Of a stretch of 64,000 nucleotides of DNA, positions 1 to 12,055 are shown piece by piece (position 1 is the stretch's first letter; each line of letters starts with the position of its first letter). Both the position numbers and the translations under genes were made by a program. Under the pieces are notes generated by a model that saw only the letters and a list, made by a program, of their open reading frames with translations, was not told the origin of the DNA and ran no database searches. The stretch comes from Octopus vulgaris (lineage: Eukaryota): the NCBI GenBank assembly GCA_951406725.2, contig OX597831.1:79484001-79548000 (forward strand). The letters are read 5' to 3'.

Positions 1-414
1 ATGATACTAAAAATACCTTTAAAAGAAGAGAATGATGCAATATCTGTCTGAATCTGTCTTTCATTTTTAAGAATATTTCCATGCAATTAATAATTTTTAG
101 TTTTAAAAAAGAAGTTCTTTCTTCAATCATATGTCAGAGAAACCGGTCCACATGCGCCTCAGTCAATATCTTCTTGTAATCGACTTCCACCCAATTGTCA
201 TACGAACCGTTATTTCACTCGGTTTATGTCGGGCTGCTATTTTCCAGCAGGATGCATTTGGCCATATTTTGACATACGACAGTCAAACATAACAGCAACG
301 ACATATTGAACAACATAGTCGTTGATATGCAAAGGTAAGAAGGATATCATGGCTGCAATGCTTATGATCACAAGTCTGGTCATTAAAGTTAGACAAGTAT
401 GTCGACTTAGCCTG

Positions 415-720
415 TCATCCCCGAGCGATCGATAAAATAAGCACCAGTTGAGTACCGAGGTACCGAGGGTCGATGTAATCCGAATTGCTGGCCTTGTGCC
501 AAAATTTGAATTTGAACTCATTACGTGGATAGAGAAGGAGTTGAGCTGGCAGAATCGTTAGCATGTCGGACAAAATGCTTAGTGGCATTTCGCCCGTCTT
601 TACGTTCTGAGTTCAAATTCCGCAGAGGTCGACTTTACCTTTTATTTTTTTCGGGGTTGGTGAAATATATACCTGTTTATCACTGGGGTTGCTTTAAGCC
701 ACTTACACTCAAACCCCAAA
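415..720 (+). mobile_element. Two degenerate copies of tRNA-derived SINE family B (Deu/Nin-like core)
   Basis: gagctggcagaatcgttagc (A-box-like) ... gagttcaaattcc (B box) ... gtcgactttacctt; the 3' part gataaaataagcaccagttgag...ggtcgatgtaatc matches other family B copies in the window. Confidence 0.75.
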
Positions 721-727
721 TTTCATA

Positions 728-845
728 AGAGACCGATAGAATAAGTACTGGGCTTACAAAGACTAAGTCCCGGGGTCGATTTGCTCGACTAAAGGCGGTG
801 CTCCTGCATGGCCGCAGTCAAATGACTGAAACAAGTAAAAGAGAT
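728..845 (+). mobile_element. SINE family A, 3' fragment
   Basis: agagaccgatagaataagtactgggcttacaaag...ggcggtgctcc...aatgactgaaacaagtaaaagag, near-identical to the tail of the full copy at 26581-26995. Confidence 0.85.
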
Positions 846-886
846 ATATATTTTTTCTTTTTCAAAAAGTATAATATTATTATTAT

Positions 887-1367
887 TGAGTGAGAGAGCA
901 GTTCATGCCATCAAAGTGACACTGGGGTAAAATATACGAAGCCCAATATACCCATCGTGACTACCCGTCTGATAAAGGTACACCAGGCACATGCATCACA
1001 ACCATATGTGCGCGACATGGTGATCTCATATCAAGATAAACAGCACATGACCTTGCAGGTGGGGCCCAGTTAGAATTTTCTACAGGTTGAGTAGCCCATC
1101 CCGCTCAAACGGTCCCTGAATAAGGGTTGTTTAAGGATGTTGAAAGAACCACCCATGTTTCCAGAGGTGAACTATTCAAACCCCAAAGAATCCCTCTCAA
1201 CACATGGCTATGATGCTCCCCCACTACTTCTGCTCGTGATCAGAGATGCACATATCGTCAGCCACTAGGGGACATGCTCAACTGGTTAAGGTCAAACAAC
1301 TGACAAGCAAATCTATTGTATTGAGCAGAATATTTGCTGTAGCCCATCTTTTATACCAAGACAAAAT
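887..1367 (-). mobile_element. Non-coding (TAA)n-associated interspersed element, 5'-truncated copy 1
   Basis: Near-identical to 39462-40035 and to the reverse complement of 53181-53825; sits within an (ATT)n tract on both sides. Confidence 0.85.
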
Positions 1368-1368
1368 T

Positions 1369-1419
<51 letters not shown>

Positions 1420-2039
1420 TATTAAGCATAAGTATATGCTTATATATGTGTATGTATGCACTCAACTATACAAATGCATACACACAGACAGACAGACAGA
1501 CAGACAGACAGACGGATAGACAGACAGACAAAGAGACGTATATATACGTTTGTACTTTGAAATACAACGACAATAACACCGATAGAGAAGTAAGTACTTC
1601 CATTGTGTAACATTTAGAGCATTCTCAAGAGCGACATCAGGTTAAGTGAAGTCAATTGGTTTTAAGCGCGAATTGAAACCGCATATAGGGCACAACATGC
1701 CGCTAGAATTAACCCGGTTACATCACGCTCGTGATATGAATGAATTTATAATACATTTAATGTATTTTTGTTAATGTTTGGCTTTTTTCTTTTTATAAAA
1801 ATAAAAAAACAATTTTACGCTAATCTGAGGTGGTTAATCTATGCTTTTATAACGCACGAGTTTATTCTTGTTGACTGTTACCTCGAAGTTTTATCCAATT
1901 AAAATATCGCAGTCCGACGACGGCTAAATTGACCGAAACTTCTGAGCCACTCTCTGAAACATTTGCAGCCACTATTCTTAAACCCACTCCCCACCCCCCT
2001 GGACCGCTGAACTCTACAAGTTGTTTCTCTGTTTATTTT

Positions 2040-2135
2040 CTCTTATTCCTTTCTGGCGAAGAGCGTGAGCTGGAAACGTAAAAGACTTTTTCATTCTCCT
2101 GAGCGTCAAACTAACGCACGTGCTTGTTTTTCTTT
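2040..2135 (+). repeat. Short repeat family H with minimal hammerhead-like motif (degenerate copy)
   Basis: ctttctggcgaagagcgtgagctggaaacgtaaaagac, a variant of the 14384-14419 motif. Confidence 0.7.
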
Positions 2136-2444
2136 CTTATATATTTCAACTATATATACATATATATATTTAGAGAGAGATACAGAGAGATAGAGATAGA
2201 GAGAGAGAGAAAGAGAGTGACAGCGATACAGAGAGATAGAGAGAGAGAGAAAGAGAGAGACAGAGATACAGAGATACAGAGAGAGAACGACTGTGTGTGT
2301 TTCATGTAGCTTTCTATTTTGAGAAATAATTGAATAATACAGTACCAGTTACGCACTGGGGTCGATGTAATCGACTTAATCCGTTTGTCTCTCCTTGTTT
2401 GTCCCCTCTTTGTTTAGCCCCTAGTGGGTAGTAAAGAAATAGGT

Positions 2445-3330
2445 AATCTCTGAGAAGAAGAAAGGTCCATACACCTTTGACTTTGTCATACGAAGCCAAA
2501 CATTCACTTTCTGTATGGAACCGTTCAGGAAATTTAGTTGCCATCTCGCTTCCCCAAATGCAACAATTATGACGATTAATGATTCCATATGTGCGGAACC
2601 ATGCTTTGCTACTGAACAGAATTTTATTGATTAAATCGGTATTTTCAATTTTATCATATCGCTGATCTGTGTGGAAAATCCCCTTCTTGTAGGTTGTGAA
2701 AACTTGATTGTGATGAGCTTCTTGTTCAGAGCGAAGCGGACTTCTGTAGTGGGAGAGGTCCGAAACGTGGTCCTATGCTATTCGTAAGACCCGCAGAAGA
2801 GAAAGCAGGTCAACCCCCGACACCGAGAGCATCGATGGATGGATGAATGTGCATCCAGGCTCAGCGGTTGCATAGGAAATCGGGGACAAGAAACAGGAAG
2901 AAAGAGTGAGAGAAAGTTTGGGCGAAAGAGTACAACAGTGGTCGCCACCACCCCCTGCCTCATGGAGCTTTAGGTGTTTTCCCTCAATAAACACACACAA
3001 CGCCCGGTCTGGGAATCGAAACCGCGATCCTCCGACCGTGAGTCCACTGCCCTAATCATTGGGCCATTGCACCTCCTGCGGATCCTGTTCAAATGCTTCT
3101 CGAACCAATTCAATTCTTTCTCCAGATTCTCTTGAAAGTCTAGTCCTGCTGTCATCATGTACAGATTCGCCTTCTGAGATGGCATTAACAACCCACGAAT
3201 AGCTTTGTCTGTGAAACCTTTTTTTTGAAACTTCCTCTTAAAATTTATTCCTAATTAGGGTTGATCTTATTCTTTTATGTTATTAAGTCTTTCGATTCTC
3301 CTGAAAATTGTTTTCTCTCTGAGAACCTAT
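2445..3330 (-). pseudogene. Tc1/mariner-superfamily transposase fossil, split by a SINE
   Basis: Minus-strand pieces GESVHDDSRTRLSRESGERIELVREAFEQDP (HTH region) and INKILFSSKAWFRTYGIINRHNCCIWGSE (decayed FSDEAWF...NRHNCRIWGSE catalytic block); frameshifted. Confidence 0.75.
2762..3076 (-). mobile_element. tRNA-derived SINE family C, tail type 1
   Basis: Minus-strand head ggaggtgcaatggcccaatgattaggg (A box) ... ggtttcgattcccag (B box); body shared with 27988-28325 and 41838-42216. Confidence 0.85.
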
Positions 3331-3376
3331 TTCACTTCGTGTTTGTGAATTTCGCAGAAATATATATATGTATGTA

Positions 3377-3560
3377 AATGCTTAGAGGTATTTCGTCTAC
3401 CGTTACATTCTGAGTTCAAATTCCGCCGAGGTCGACTTTGCCTTTCATCCTTACGGGATCGATTAAATAAGTACCAATTACGCACTGGGGTCGATGTACT
3501 CGACTTAATCCCTTTGTTTGTCTCCTCTATGTTTAGCCCCTGTGGGCAATAAAGAAATAT
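3377..3560 (+). mobile_element. SINE family B, 5'-truncated
   Basis: ttctgagttcaaattccgccgaggtcgactttgcctttcatcc...tttagcccctgtgggcaataaagaaata. Confidence 0.85.
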
Positions 3561-3723
3561 ATATATATTCCTATCACTGATATTTTTTCCTATCATGTCT
3601 GTAATAGATTTGTGACTATTCGGTGGTACAGAAGTATTTTTTGACTTCTAACTTTTAGCGATATAGGTACTCATGTGGTACCCTTGTGTATATATATGTA
3701 CATATCTAATATTGTATTACTGT

Positions 3724-4075
3724 TTTTTACTCTTTTACTTGTTTCAGTCATTTGACTGCAGCCATGCTGGAGCACCGCCTTTAATCGAGAAACTCGACCC
3801 CGGGACTTACTCTTTTGTAAGCCCAGTACTTATTCTATCGGTCTCTTTTGTCGAACCGCTAAGTAACGGGGACATAAACTCTAGGGGACAAACACAGACA
3901 CACAAACACACACGCGCATATATATATATATATACATATATACGACGGGCTTCTTTCAGTTTCCGTCTACCAAATCCACTCACAAGGCTTTGGTCGGCCC
4001 GAGGCTATAGTAGAAGGCACTTGCCCAAGGTGCCACGCAGTGGGACTGAACCCGGAACCATATGGTTGGTAGACA
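3724..4075 (-). mobile_element. SINE family A
   Basis: Reverse complement of the family A body and tail, with the internal (TA/CA) tract. Confidence 0.9.
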
Positions 4076-4077
4076 AG

Positions 4078-4545
4078 TCCTCCCGTGATATCCGGCTTTG
4101 TGCAGCTCCCGGGGAACAGTTTTTATCAAAACTGGGTTCTCGAGGTGGTCATAAGCTCTGCAGTAATTTTGGGAGCTGTACTTTTGTGATCCTTTCTAAC
4201 AATTCGCATAAGAGTCCAACTTATCTGAAAGTTTTGGTTTTCTTGCGGAGTTCTGTTTGAACGAGGAGGTTTTTTCTTCTTTCTCAAAGGCTGTCATTAC
4301 TTTCGAGGCAGTACTTCTTGACACACCAAACATTTCGGCTGTTTTCGTTACGCTAGCGCCTGCCATAGGAGCACCAACAATTTGACCTCTTTGAAAGTCC
4401 AACAGATCTGTCATTTTAATGAATTTTAATTACCTTTTTCTGATGATATCTAAAAAGAAAGAGCAATTTTAGCAAAACATTAAGGAACACTAATAATACA
4501 TCCCATAAACATAAAAGTAAACAAGATTTGAGGGTTTTTATAGAT
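4078..4545 (-). pseudogene. Tc1-like transposase N-terminal fossil with upstream sequence
   Basis: ORF 4196-4414 MTDLLDFQRGQIVGAPMAGASVTKTAEMFGVSRSTASKVMTAFEKEEKTSSFKQNSARKPKLSD, continuing after frameshifts as TLMRIVRKDHKSTAPKITAEL...HLENPVLIKTVPRELHKAGYHGR (paired-like HTH plus second HTH). Confidence 0.85.
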
Positions 4546-4546
4546 A

Positions 4547-4950
4547 CAGGAAAGGCTGTGTGGTAAGTAGCTTGCTAAACAACTACATGGTTCCGGATTC
4601 AGTCCCACTGCGTGGCATCTTGGGCAAGTGTCTTCTGCTATAGCCTCGGGCCGACCAATGCCTTGTGAGTGGATTTGGTAGACGGAAACTGAAAGAAGCC
4701 TGTCGTATATATGTATATATATATATGTATGTGTGTGTTTGCGTGTCTGTGTTTGTCCCCCTAGCATTGCTTGACAACCGATGGTGGTGTGTTTACGTCC
4801 CCGTTACTTAGCGGTTCGGCAAAAGAGACCTATAGAATAAGTACTGGGCTTACAAAGAATAAGTCCCGGGGTCGATTTGCTCGACTAAAGGCGGTGCTCC
4901 AGCATGGCCGCAGTCAAATGACCGAAACAAGTAAAAGAGTAAAAGAGAGA
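4547..4950 (+). mobile_element. SINE family A, near full length
   Basis: ggctgtgtggtaagtagcttgc (A box) ... ggattcagtccc (B box) ... tcttgggcaagtg ... internal microsatellite ... tail gtaaaagagtaaaagag. Confidence 0.9.
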
Positions 4951-5172
4951 TTTAAAAATTATGATGTTATGATGTGTTTCCAGTATTTTGTCCAACACCT
5001 GTGTATATATATATATTGGCATGCCCGCTTAGCCTACGGGGTGGCGCCATTTGAAGGCTAAAACCGTGCGAAGCGCATTGTGACCAGCGATGTATAGCAA
5101 CATCTGACGGTCTGGTCGGTCACGGTGATATATATATATATATGCTAAACATTAACATATATAAATATCCTA

Positions 5173-5537
5173 AGTGGCACCCCTTAGGGAACAGTTCTGA
5201 AACCATTACTGTTCATAACAGCCCTCTTAGATATGCCCACAGTCACTCGGACAGCCACTGTCACTAGCTATGCTGCTGAGACAAAACTAACGCAGGCAAT
5301 GAAAAAACCAAAATGACGTCGTAAGGTTTACAGCGGGACCTGAATTCGAAATACAAGTGGATCGAAATGAAGAACATGCAGTTTAGTGCTGGAAAATTTA
5401 AAGCACTGCGCCATCAACTCATGAATGCACCACAACCTGCATATACAGGACCTGGAGACACTGCAATCCCAGAGTCATGGGCAATGAAAGACTTGGGGAT
5501 CAGTATGTGCAACTGACGCATCCTTTTATATGTCCTA
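5173..5537 (+). pseudogene. CR1-group LINE reverse transcriptase fossil, part 1
   Basis: SGTP*GTVLKPLLFITALLDMPTVTRTATVTSYAAETKL (decayed PQG..LGP and YADD motifs), then DLNSKYKWIEMKNMQFSAGKFKALR...KDLGI. Confidence 0.85.
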
Positions 5538-6565
5538 CTAGCAGCGAAGCCCGGTTTCACCCGGTCTGTTTGGAGGGTGTGGCTATGATCGTTTTCGTTT
5601 AGGAGTGGCTGTGTGGTAAGTAGCTTGCTTACCAACCACATGGTTCCGAGTTCAGTCCCACTGCGTCGCATCTTGGGAAAGTGTCTGCTGCTATAGCCCC
5701 GGGCCGACCAATGCCTTGTGAGTGGATTTGGTAGACGGAAACTGAAAGAAGCCTGTCGTATATATGTATATATATATATATATGTATGTGTGAGTGTTTG
5801 TGTGTCTGTGTTTGTCCCCCTAGCATTGCTTGACAACCGATGCTGGTGTGTTTATGTCCCCGTACCTTAGCGGTTCGGCAAAAGAGACCGATAGAATAAG
5901 TACTGGGCTTACAAAGAATAAGTCCCGGGGTCGATTTGCTCGACTAAAGGTGGTGCTCCAGCATGGCCGCAGACAAAATGACTGAAACAAGTAAAAGAGA
6001 GTAAAGAGTAACAATGTTTCTCAACCTTATCATTTCGGGTCCCCTGTTTCGATTGGAACCTCCCCACTTCTCAGAAAATAGCTTCAGGAGTTGTGAAGAA
6101 AGAATTCGTACGTAGTCGTTTTCTGAGGGCTATTCTGTTGAACCTTTGTCTAATCATTAAAACATTGATTCGAAATGGATGTGTGTATGTGTGTTTGCGT
6201 GCATGTGTGTGTATGTGTGTGTGTGCGTGTGTGTATGTGAGAGAGAAGAAGAGAGACAGCATAGCTAAAGTTTTGGCTGACTGTCATCCTGTCCTCCCCT
6301 TGTTGCTAACGAAATGGTATATGCTGACTGTGTGAGCAACTGATTGTTTTAATGGCGGAACAAGCAGCGGAATTCCATTAGAAAAGTTTTAATCGATTTT
6401 CTCGGTACGTATGGGAGGTAGGGAAAAACTACAAATCGCATTCCAATGTATGCATCCGTCTGCACATGTGTGCCATTTTTCATGCGAATCCACCAGGCCG
6501 TTTGGCTGTGAACCTCAAGATAAGAAAGAATACAACGATCGCCCATGTCCGATTTATATTATAGA
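5538..6565 (-). mobile_element. Non-autonomous Helitron
   Basis: On the minus strand it begins TC (6565-6564) and ends CTAG (5541-5538), with a GC hairpin agcccggtttcacccggtct a few nt inside the CTAG end; inserted between host A and T with no TSD; interrupts CR1 coding sequence. Confidence 0.75.
5601..6010 (+). mobile_element. SINE family A nested in the Helitron
   Basis: Head, core, microsatellite and tail all present; near-identical to 26581-26995. Confidence 0.9.
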
Positions 6566-6920
6566 TTACCAAGACGGCAGCAAAGTGCAGACACGTAACA
6601 GGATAGATACTGAGGTCCTTCAAGACAAGAGACCAAGAAACTATGCTGGCGATGCGGAGAACCTTTGTTTTCAGTCGCCTGGACTTCTGCTCCCAGTTAC
6701 CACATAGTGCCAAGCTAACAGCGGAGCTTGAAGCAGATCAACACCACTTCCCTAAAATAACTGAAACAGTGCAGTGGGGAGCGACAGGTATGGGCTGAGA
6801 AAACTGCAATATTACTCCATGGAGCAAAGGCTTGAGAGATACGCAATAAAGTATATATGGGAAATTCTAGAGGGGCCAGGATCTAATTTCGGCATTGAGT
6901 GTTATACAAGTACAAGAACG
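6566..6920 (+). pseudogene. CR1-group LINE ORF2 fossil, part 2
   Basis: AAKCRHVTG*ILRSFKTRDQETMLAMRRTFVFSRLDFCSQL...LRKLQYYSMEQRLERYAIKYIWEILEG; typical post-RT region of CR1-group ORF2, collinear with part 1. Confidence 0.85.
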
Positions 6921-7530
6921 ATAGAATGGGTACTAGGTTTACAACAAATAAGTTCTGGAATCGATCCGTTCGACTAAAGGCGTTGCTCCAACATGGCCGC
7001 ATCAAATGACTGAAACAAATAAAAGAATACAAGAATATTTATACATATGCATGTATATAAATATACAGTTATATATATATATATGAATATGTGTGTAGGA
7101 GTACATGCATTCACACACACACACACACAAACAAACACACATATATAGGTAGCTGTGTTTATCGGTGGGTGTGTTGTGCAATATGAAATGATACGAACGT
7201 GCGCCTGCTTATATACACGTGTACTCGTCATAATGACAATATTAAGAGAGAGAGAGACGTCTGTCGCGAACAACAACACAAATAGAACCAGCGACACCAC
7301 CACCAGGCACCAGCACCACCACCACCACAACCAACAACAACAACAACAGTGTGATGTTCAGTGAGACTAGCCAAAGGCCAGTCTTAAATAACCAGAGACC
7401 AGTGTCAGGAATGCTCTTTTAAAGGGACAATGTTGACGATAAACTATTGCAATATCTCCGGCATTTACTGAGACATCGTAAACAATGAACAGGTGTTCAG
7501 ATCACAGCTTTTAATTGTCTGCTCTGTGGA

Positions 7531-7895
<365 letters not shown>

Positions 7896-8250
7896 GAATA
7901 AATATTCAAACGAATAGTTATTATTATTATTATTGTTATTATAAGCGGTAAATATAAATAATTGACAACAACAACAACAAATATGTAGGCGGTGGCAAGT
8001 AATAATAGCGTTATATATATGTATGTATGTATGTAAGTATATATATATATACATATACATATACATACACACATTATATATATATATATATGCATGTATA
8101 TAAATACCTATCAATATATATATACATACATATAACGCTATTATTGCTTGCCACCACCTACGTATTTGTTGTTGTTGGTGTCAATTATTTATATTTACCG
8201 CTGATAATAACAATAATAATAATAATAACTATTCGTTTGAATATTTATTC
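7896..8250. repeat. Inverted duplication, ~125-bp arms
   Basis: 7896-8020 is the reverse complement of 8126-8250 with few mismatches; TA-rich spacer. Confidence 0.9.
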
Positions 8251-8252
8251 CT

Positions 8253-8285
<33 letters not shown>

Positions 8286-8359
8286 GTGTGTGTGTGTGTG
8301 TATATATGGAGAGAGACCGAGTTATTGCTGCTACCAATTGTTTCCTTTATACTTCGCTC

Positions 8360-8771
<412 letters not shown>

Positions 8772-9081
8772 GTGTATTCCGCCTGGCCTTTCGTCCGATA
8801 TGCGCTCGAATCTGCCCGTTCAGATCCTATAAAAACGCTAATTGTATGAAAGAATATTGCAGAAAGTGTAGGACGAGTGCTCGGCCGTAGCTCTGTCTTT
8901 TATCTTTTACTTTCTATATAATTCAATCTGCTATGTTACGGAGACATAAACACACCAACACCGGTTTTCAGGCGGTGCTGGGGCACAATCCTTCATACAG
9001 TCACACACAAATACACAAACACACACACACGCATATATATATGTATAAATATATATATATGTGTGTATATATATATATAAA

Positions 9082-9178
<97 letters not shown>

Positions 9179-9569
9179 AATACAAAATGTGACAAGAACG
9201 CAAAATATCCAAATAGACGATACAAAATCACGGACGGGTCATTCGAAGCCTTTAATCTTCAGTCAAGAACCGGATCATCCTCGCGAACAGATTGATTCAG
9301 TTTCCTTGGTACTTCAAGTTTCAGAGCGTTTGACCCTCAGGCCGATAACTGATGAGAACTTTATGTGCTTCTGTGTTTTCTGTCCGCCTGTGTACTTAGT
9401 ATATGTTTGTTTGCTTATTTACTACAAGTTTTTATTTTAATTATATATATGTATTTATATGTCAAATTTTCCGTTTGTTCTCTTCTTTTCATTCAATCCT
9501 GAAGATATTATTTAAGTAAAGTACGCACCCCTTAATTTTTTACCTGCGCGCGCACACACACACACATGT

Positions 9570-9925
9570 GGCATGGTGCAAAGGCCTGTTGCCAGACTTA
9601 GGGTCTTCCAGCATCCACTCTCTTGACCCAGGGCAGCATTACCTCCTCCAGACACTTGATGTAGGCCTCCGTGTTGAGTCTGAAGCCGGGTGGGAAGATG
9701 AACGGTGGCATAATGTTGCATATCTAAGACATGCTCATATATATATACTAGTGATCACTCCAAACGCCATGATGTTGACTGAATGGTTGATTTTTATCAC
9801 TCTCGCTACATTTTCTCAGATTGCACAGGCCTCAGATTCACACCCAAACACTCTGAAATGTTCGTATTGGAGATTCCTGCGTGAATGCCAAGATGCACAA
9901 CATTCCGTTTCCAAATGTCTGTTGC
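9570..9925 (-). pseudogene. Tc1/mariner (maT/DD37D-like) transposase fossil, internally deleted
   Basis: Minus-strand pieces LGIHAGISNTNISECLGVNLR, VNIMAFGVIT and IMPPFIFPPGFRLNTEAYIKCLEEVMLPWVKRVDAGRP*VWQQAFAPCH (decayed WQQDSAPCH). Confidence 0.8.
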
Positions 9926-10501
9926 ATAATGTAATCCCTGACGTACAAAAAGGGATTGTGAAAACCGGAACACCTTTGATATGGTCGATCAGGATTGATA
10001 TCGGATTATACATCACTTTCCCTCATCACAACTGGTTGCAACAATATCTGATCGGAATGGCTGGAAGGTTTAGCCAGTGATAGAAATATTGTAATATGTA
10101 ATTTTTCCTTTTTACAATGGTGAATATTACTTGTTACTTGTCCGATTCAACATGCACTGATACGTTTAAGTTTTCTTATATTTAACACATATTGTGGATT
10201 TCTAACATTTAAGGGAGCTAGGGCCTGCAAAAACTTATTGATCTCCCTCTATCCATTAACCTAACTTTTTTTTCTTTTGTCATCAATGATTTCCTCGGAA
10301 CCTAATTTTTTTGTTATTTCCTGTAACCTTTTTTTCATATTCTTTCTTTCGCACAATGAGTAAGGTGTGGGCAGAATTCTAGAGAAATAATTCGTGTGGG
10401 GAAATGTGTCCACCGTCTACAAGAGACGTAAAAGTAACCGCCATTTCGTTTTACTATTTGTTACTTAACTACACAGGTGTAAGAACACAACTCGTATATG
10501 T

Positions 10502-10626
10502 CTAAAGGGCGAAACGCTTGCGACTCTGAAACACGATGCGGAAGGGTTTCTCACATTCTGTTGGGTTCATAGGAGTTGCTCCTGCAATGTTTGCATTGAG
10601 CAAAACATCTCCGATACATGCTTCAC
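10502..10626 (-). CDS. Candidate terminal coding exon of an unidentified host gene
   Basis: Non-repetitive open frame GEACIGDVLLNANIAGATPMNPTECEKPFRIVFQSRKRFAL* after a CAG acceptor, followed by unique A-rich UTR-like sequence; polypyrimidine tract is weak and the family was not recognised. Confidence 0.45.
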
Positions 10627-10837
10627 CTGAATATGCACTTGTATGTATGTGTGTGTATATGTGTGTGTATGTGTGTGTACGTATGTATCTTTGAACACAT
10701 ACATACAAGCATACACACATATACACATACATGCATACATGAATTCAGACAGACAGGTATACACGATTATATATTTTGTATTCTATAGATATTTCAGTAA
10801 CATTAATTTATATATATATAAATATATATATATATAT

Positions 10838-11079
10838 AACGTAAGGGGATCAGCCATCTGAATGTGGCTAGGGACAGGGCGGGGTGGTGGGGGTGTTACT
10901 GATGCTTTTAGCCCCAGGCGATCATCAACGTCACCAGAAGGACTGACACCATATCAGTGTGCTTGTTTGCCTGTAAAGGGAGGTCATCCTCCCTCGACAA
11001 TACGGATACTACATCAGTAACACCCCCACCACCCCGCCCTGTCCCTAGCCACATTCAGATGGCTGATCCCCCTTACGTT
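10838..11079. mobile_element. MITE-like element with ~67-bp near-perfect terminal inverted repeats
   Basis: 10838-10904 pairs with 11012-11079 apart from one G/C-run indel. Confidence 0.85.
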
Positions 11080-11115
11080 GTCGAGCAGTTACTGTTTATA
11101 TCTCGTTCAGAGATT

Positions 11116-11186
<71 letters not shown>

Positions 11187-11191
<5 letters not shown>

Positions 11192-11345
11192 AGAGTTTAC
11201 GAAAAAAAACAAAAGACGAAGACAGGTGGTGTACAAAACAAACAGATGTATTAGTATAGCGCTCAGGAATAGAAAAAGCCTTTTACGTTTCGAGCCTACG
11301 CTCTTCTACAGAAAGGGACACAGAAAAAACAAGGAAGGAAAAAAA
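11187..11345 (-). repeat. Short repeat family H (minimal hammerhead-like)
   Basis: cttttacgtttcgagcctacgctcttctacagaaag; 3' end abuts (TA)n. Confidence 0.85.
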
Positions 11346-11459
11346 TATATGTATAATATATTGATAAAAATGGTAAGACAAAAACAGATGGAATATCTGG
11401 GCTGGATATGGCAGGGCAAGAAATCTTGAAATAAAACTGAACAGTCGCATATATATATG

Positions 11460-11502
<43 letters not shown>

Positions 11503-11541
11503 ACGCACACACACACACACACACCCGCACACACTCATATG

Positions 11542-12055
11542 TATGCGATTGTTCACTTTTATTTCAAGATTTCTTGCCAATGGAGAAAGAACCGGTTTTC
11601 AACCTAGATTCAAAGCTCCTTCATTGAAACTTCAACATCAACAAGAGAGTATGTATGTATGTATGTGCATGTGTGTATGTATGTATGTATGTATGTATGT
11701 ATGTATGTATGTGTGTGTATATGTATGTATATGTGCAGATTTGTATGATTTGCTTTATGTATGTATTCTCATACATATAGACATGCTCCTATATACTTAA
11801 ATGATAAACGTCTGGGAAGTTTTACAGATTTTTACAGTTCCAGTGATGAATTGGATCTGTAGTCTTCGAATTAGCTTTCTTCATTCTGGTTTTGAGAAGC
11901 CTAATTTTTTCAAGACTGGTATTTAGGCAGAGTGTTACATATCCCCGGGTCCCAATAATTACAGGTATACACCTGAACTTGTAATCTGGATAGAGTACCT
12001 GCAGATTTCTCAGTAGTTCAACGTAGGTATTCTCTTTTTCCCTGATCTCCAGCAG
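11542..12055 (-). mobile_element. RLE-type non-LTR retrotransposon 3' end
   Basis: EKENTYVELLRNLQVLYPDYKFRCIPVIIGTRGYVTLCLNTSLEKLGFSKPE*RKLIRRLQIQFITGTVK; C-terminal signature K..Y..L...IP.IIG..G; 3' UTR ends gaaataaaagtgaacaatcgcata. Confidence 0.7.

Noticed and set aside
1909-1953. Hammerhead-like ccgacga...gaaac
   Set aside because: Core and cleavage triplet mutated and stem II mismatched; at most a relic
3673-5836. Recurring peptides such as RRASFSFRLPNPLTR and YQIHSQGIGRP
   Set aside because: Antisense translations of SINE family A, not a protein family
9568-10080. 170-aa plus-strand ORF
   Set aside because: Antisense to a Tc1/mariner transposase fossil
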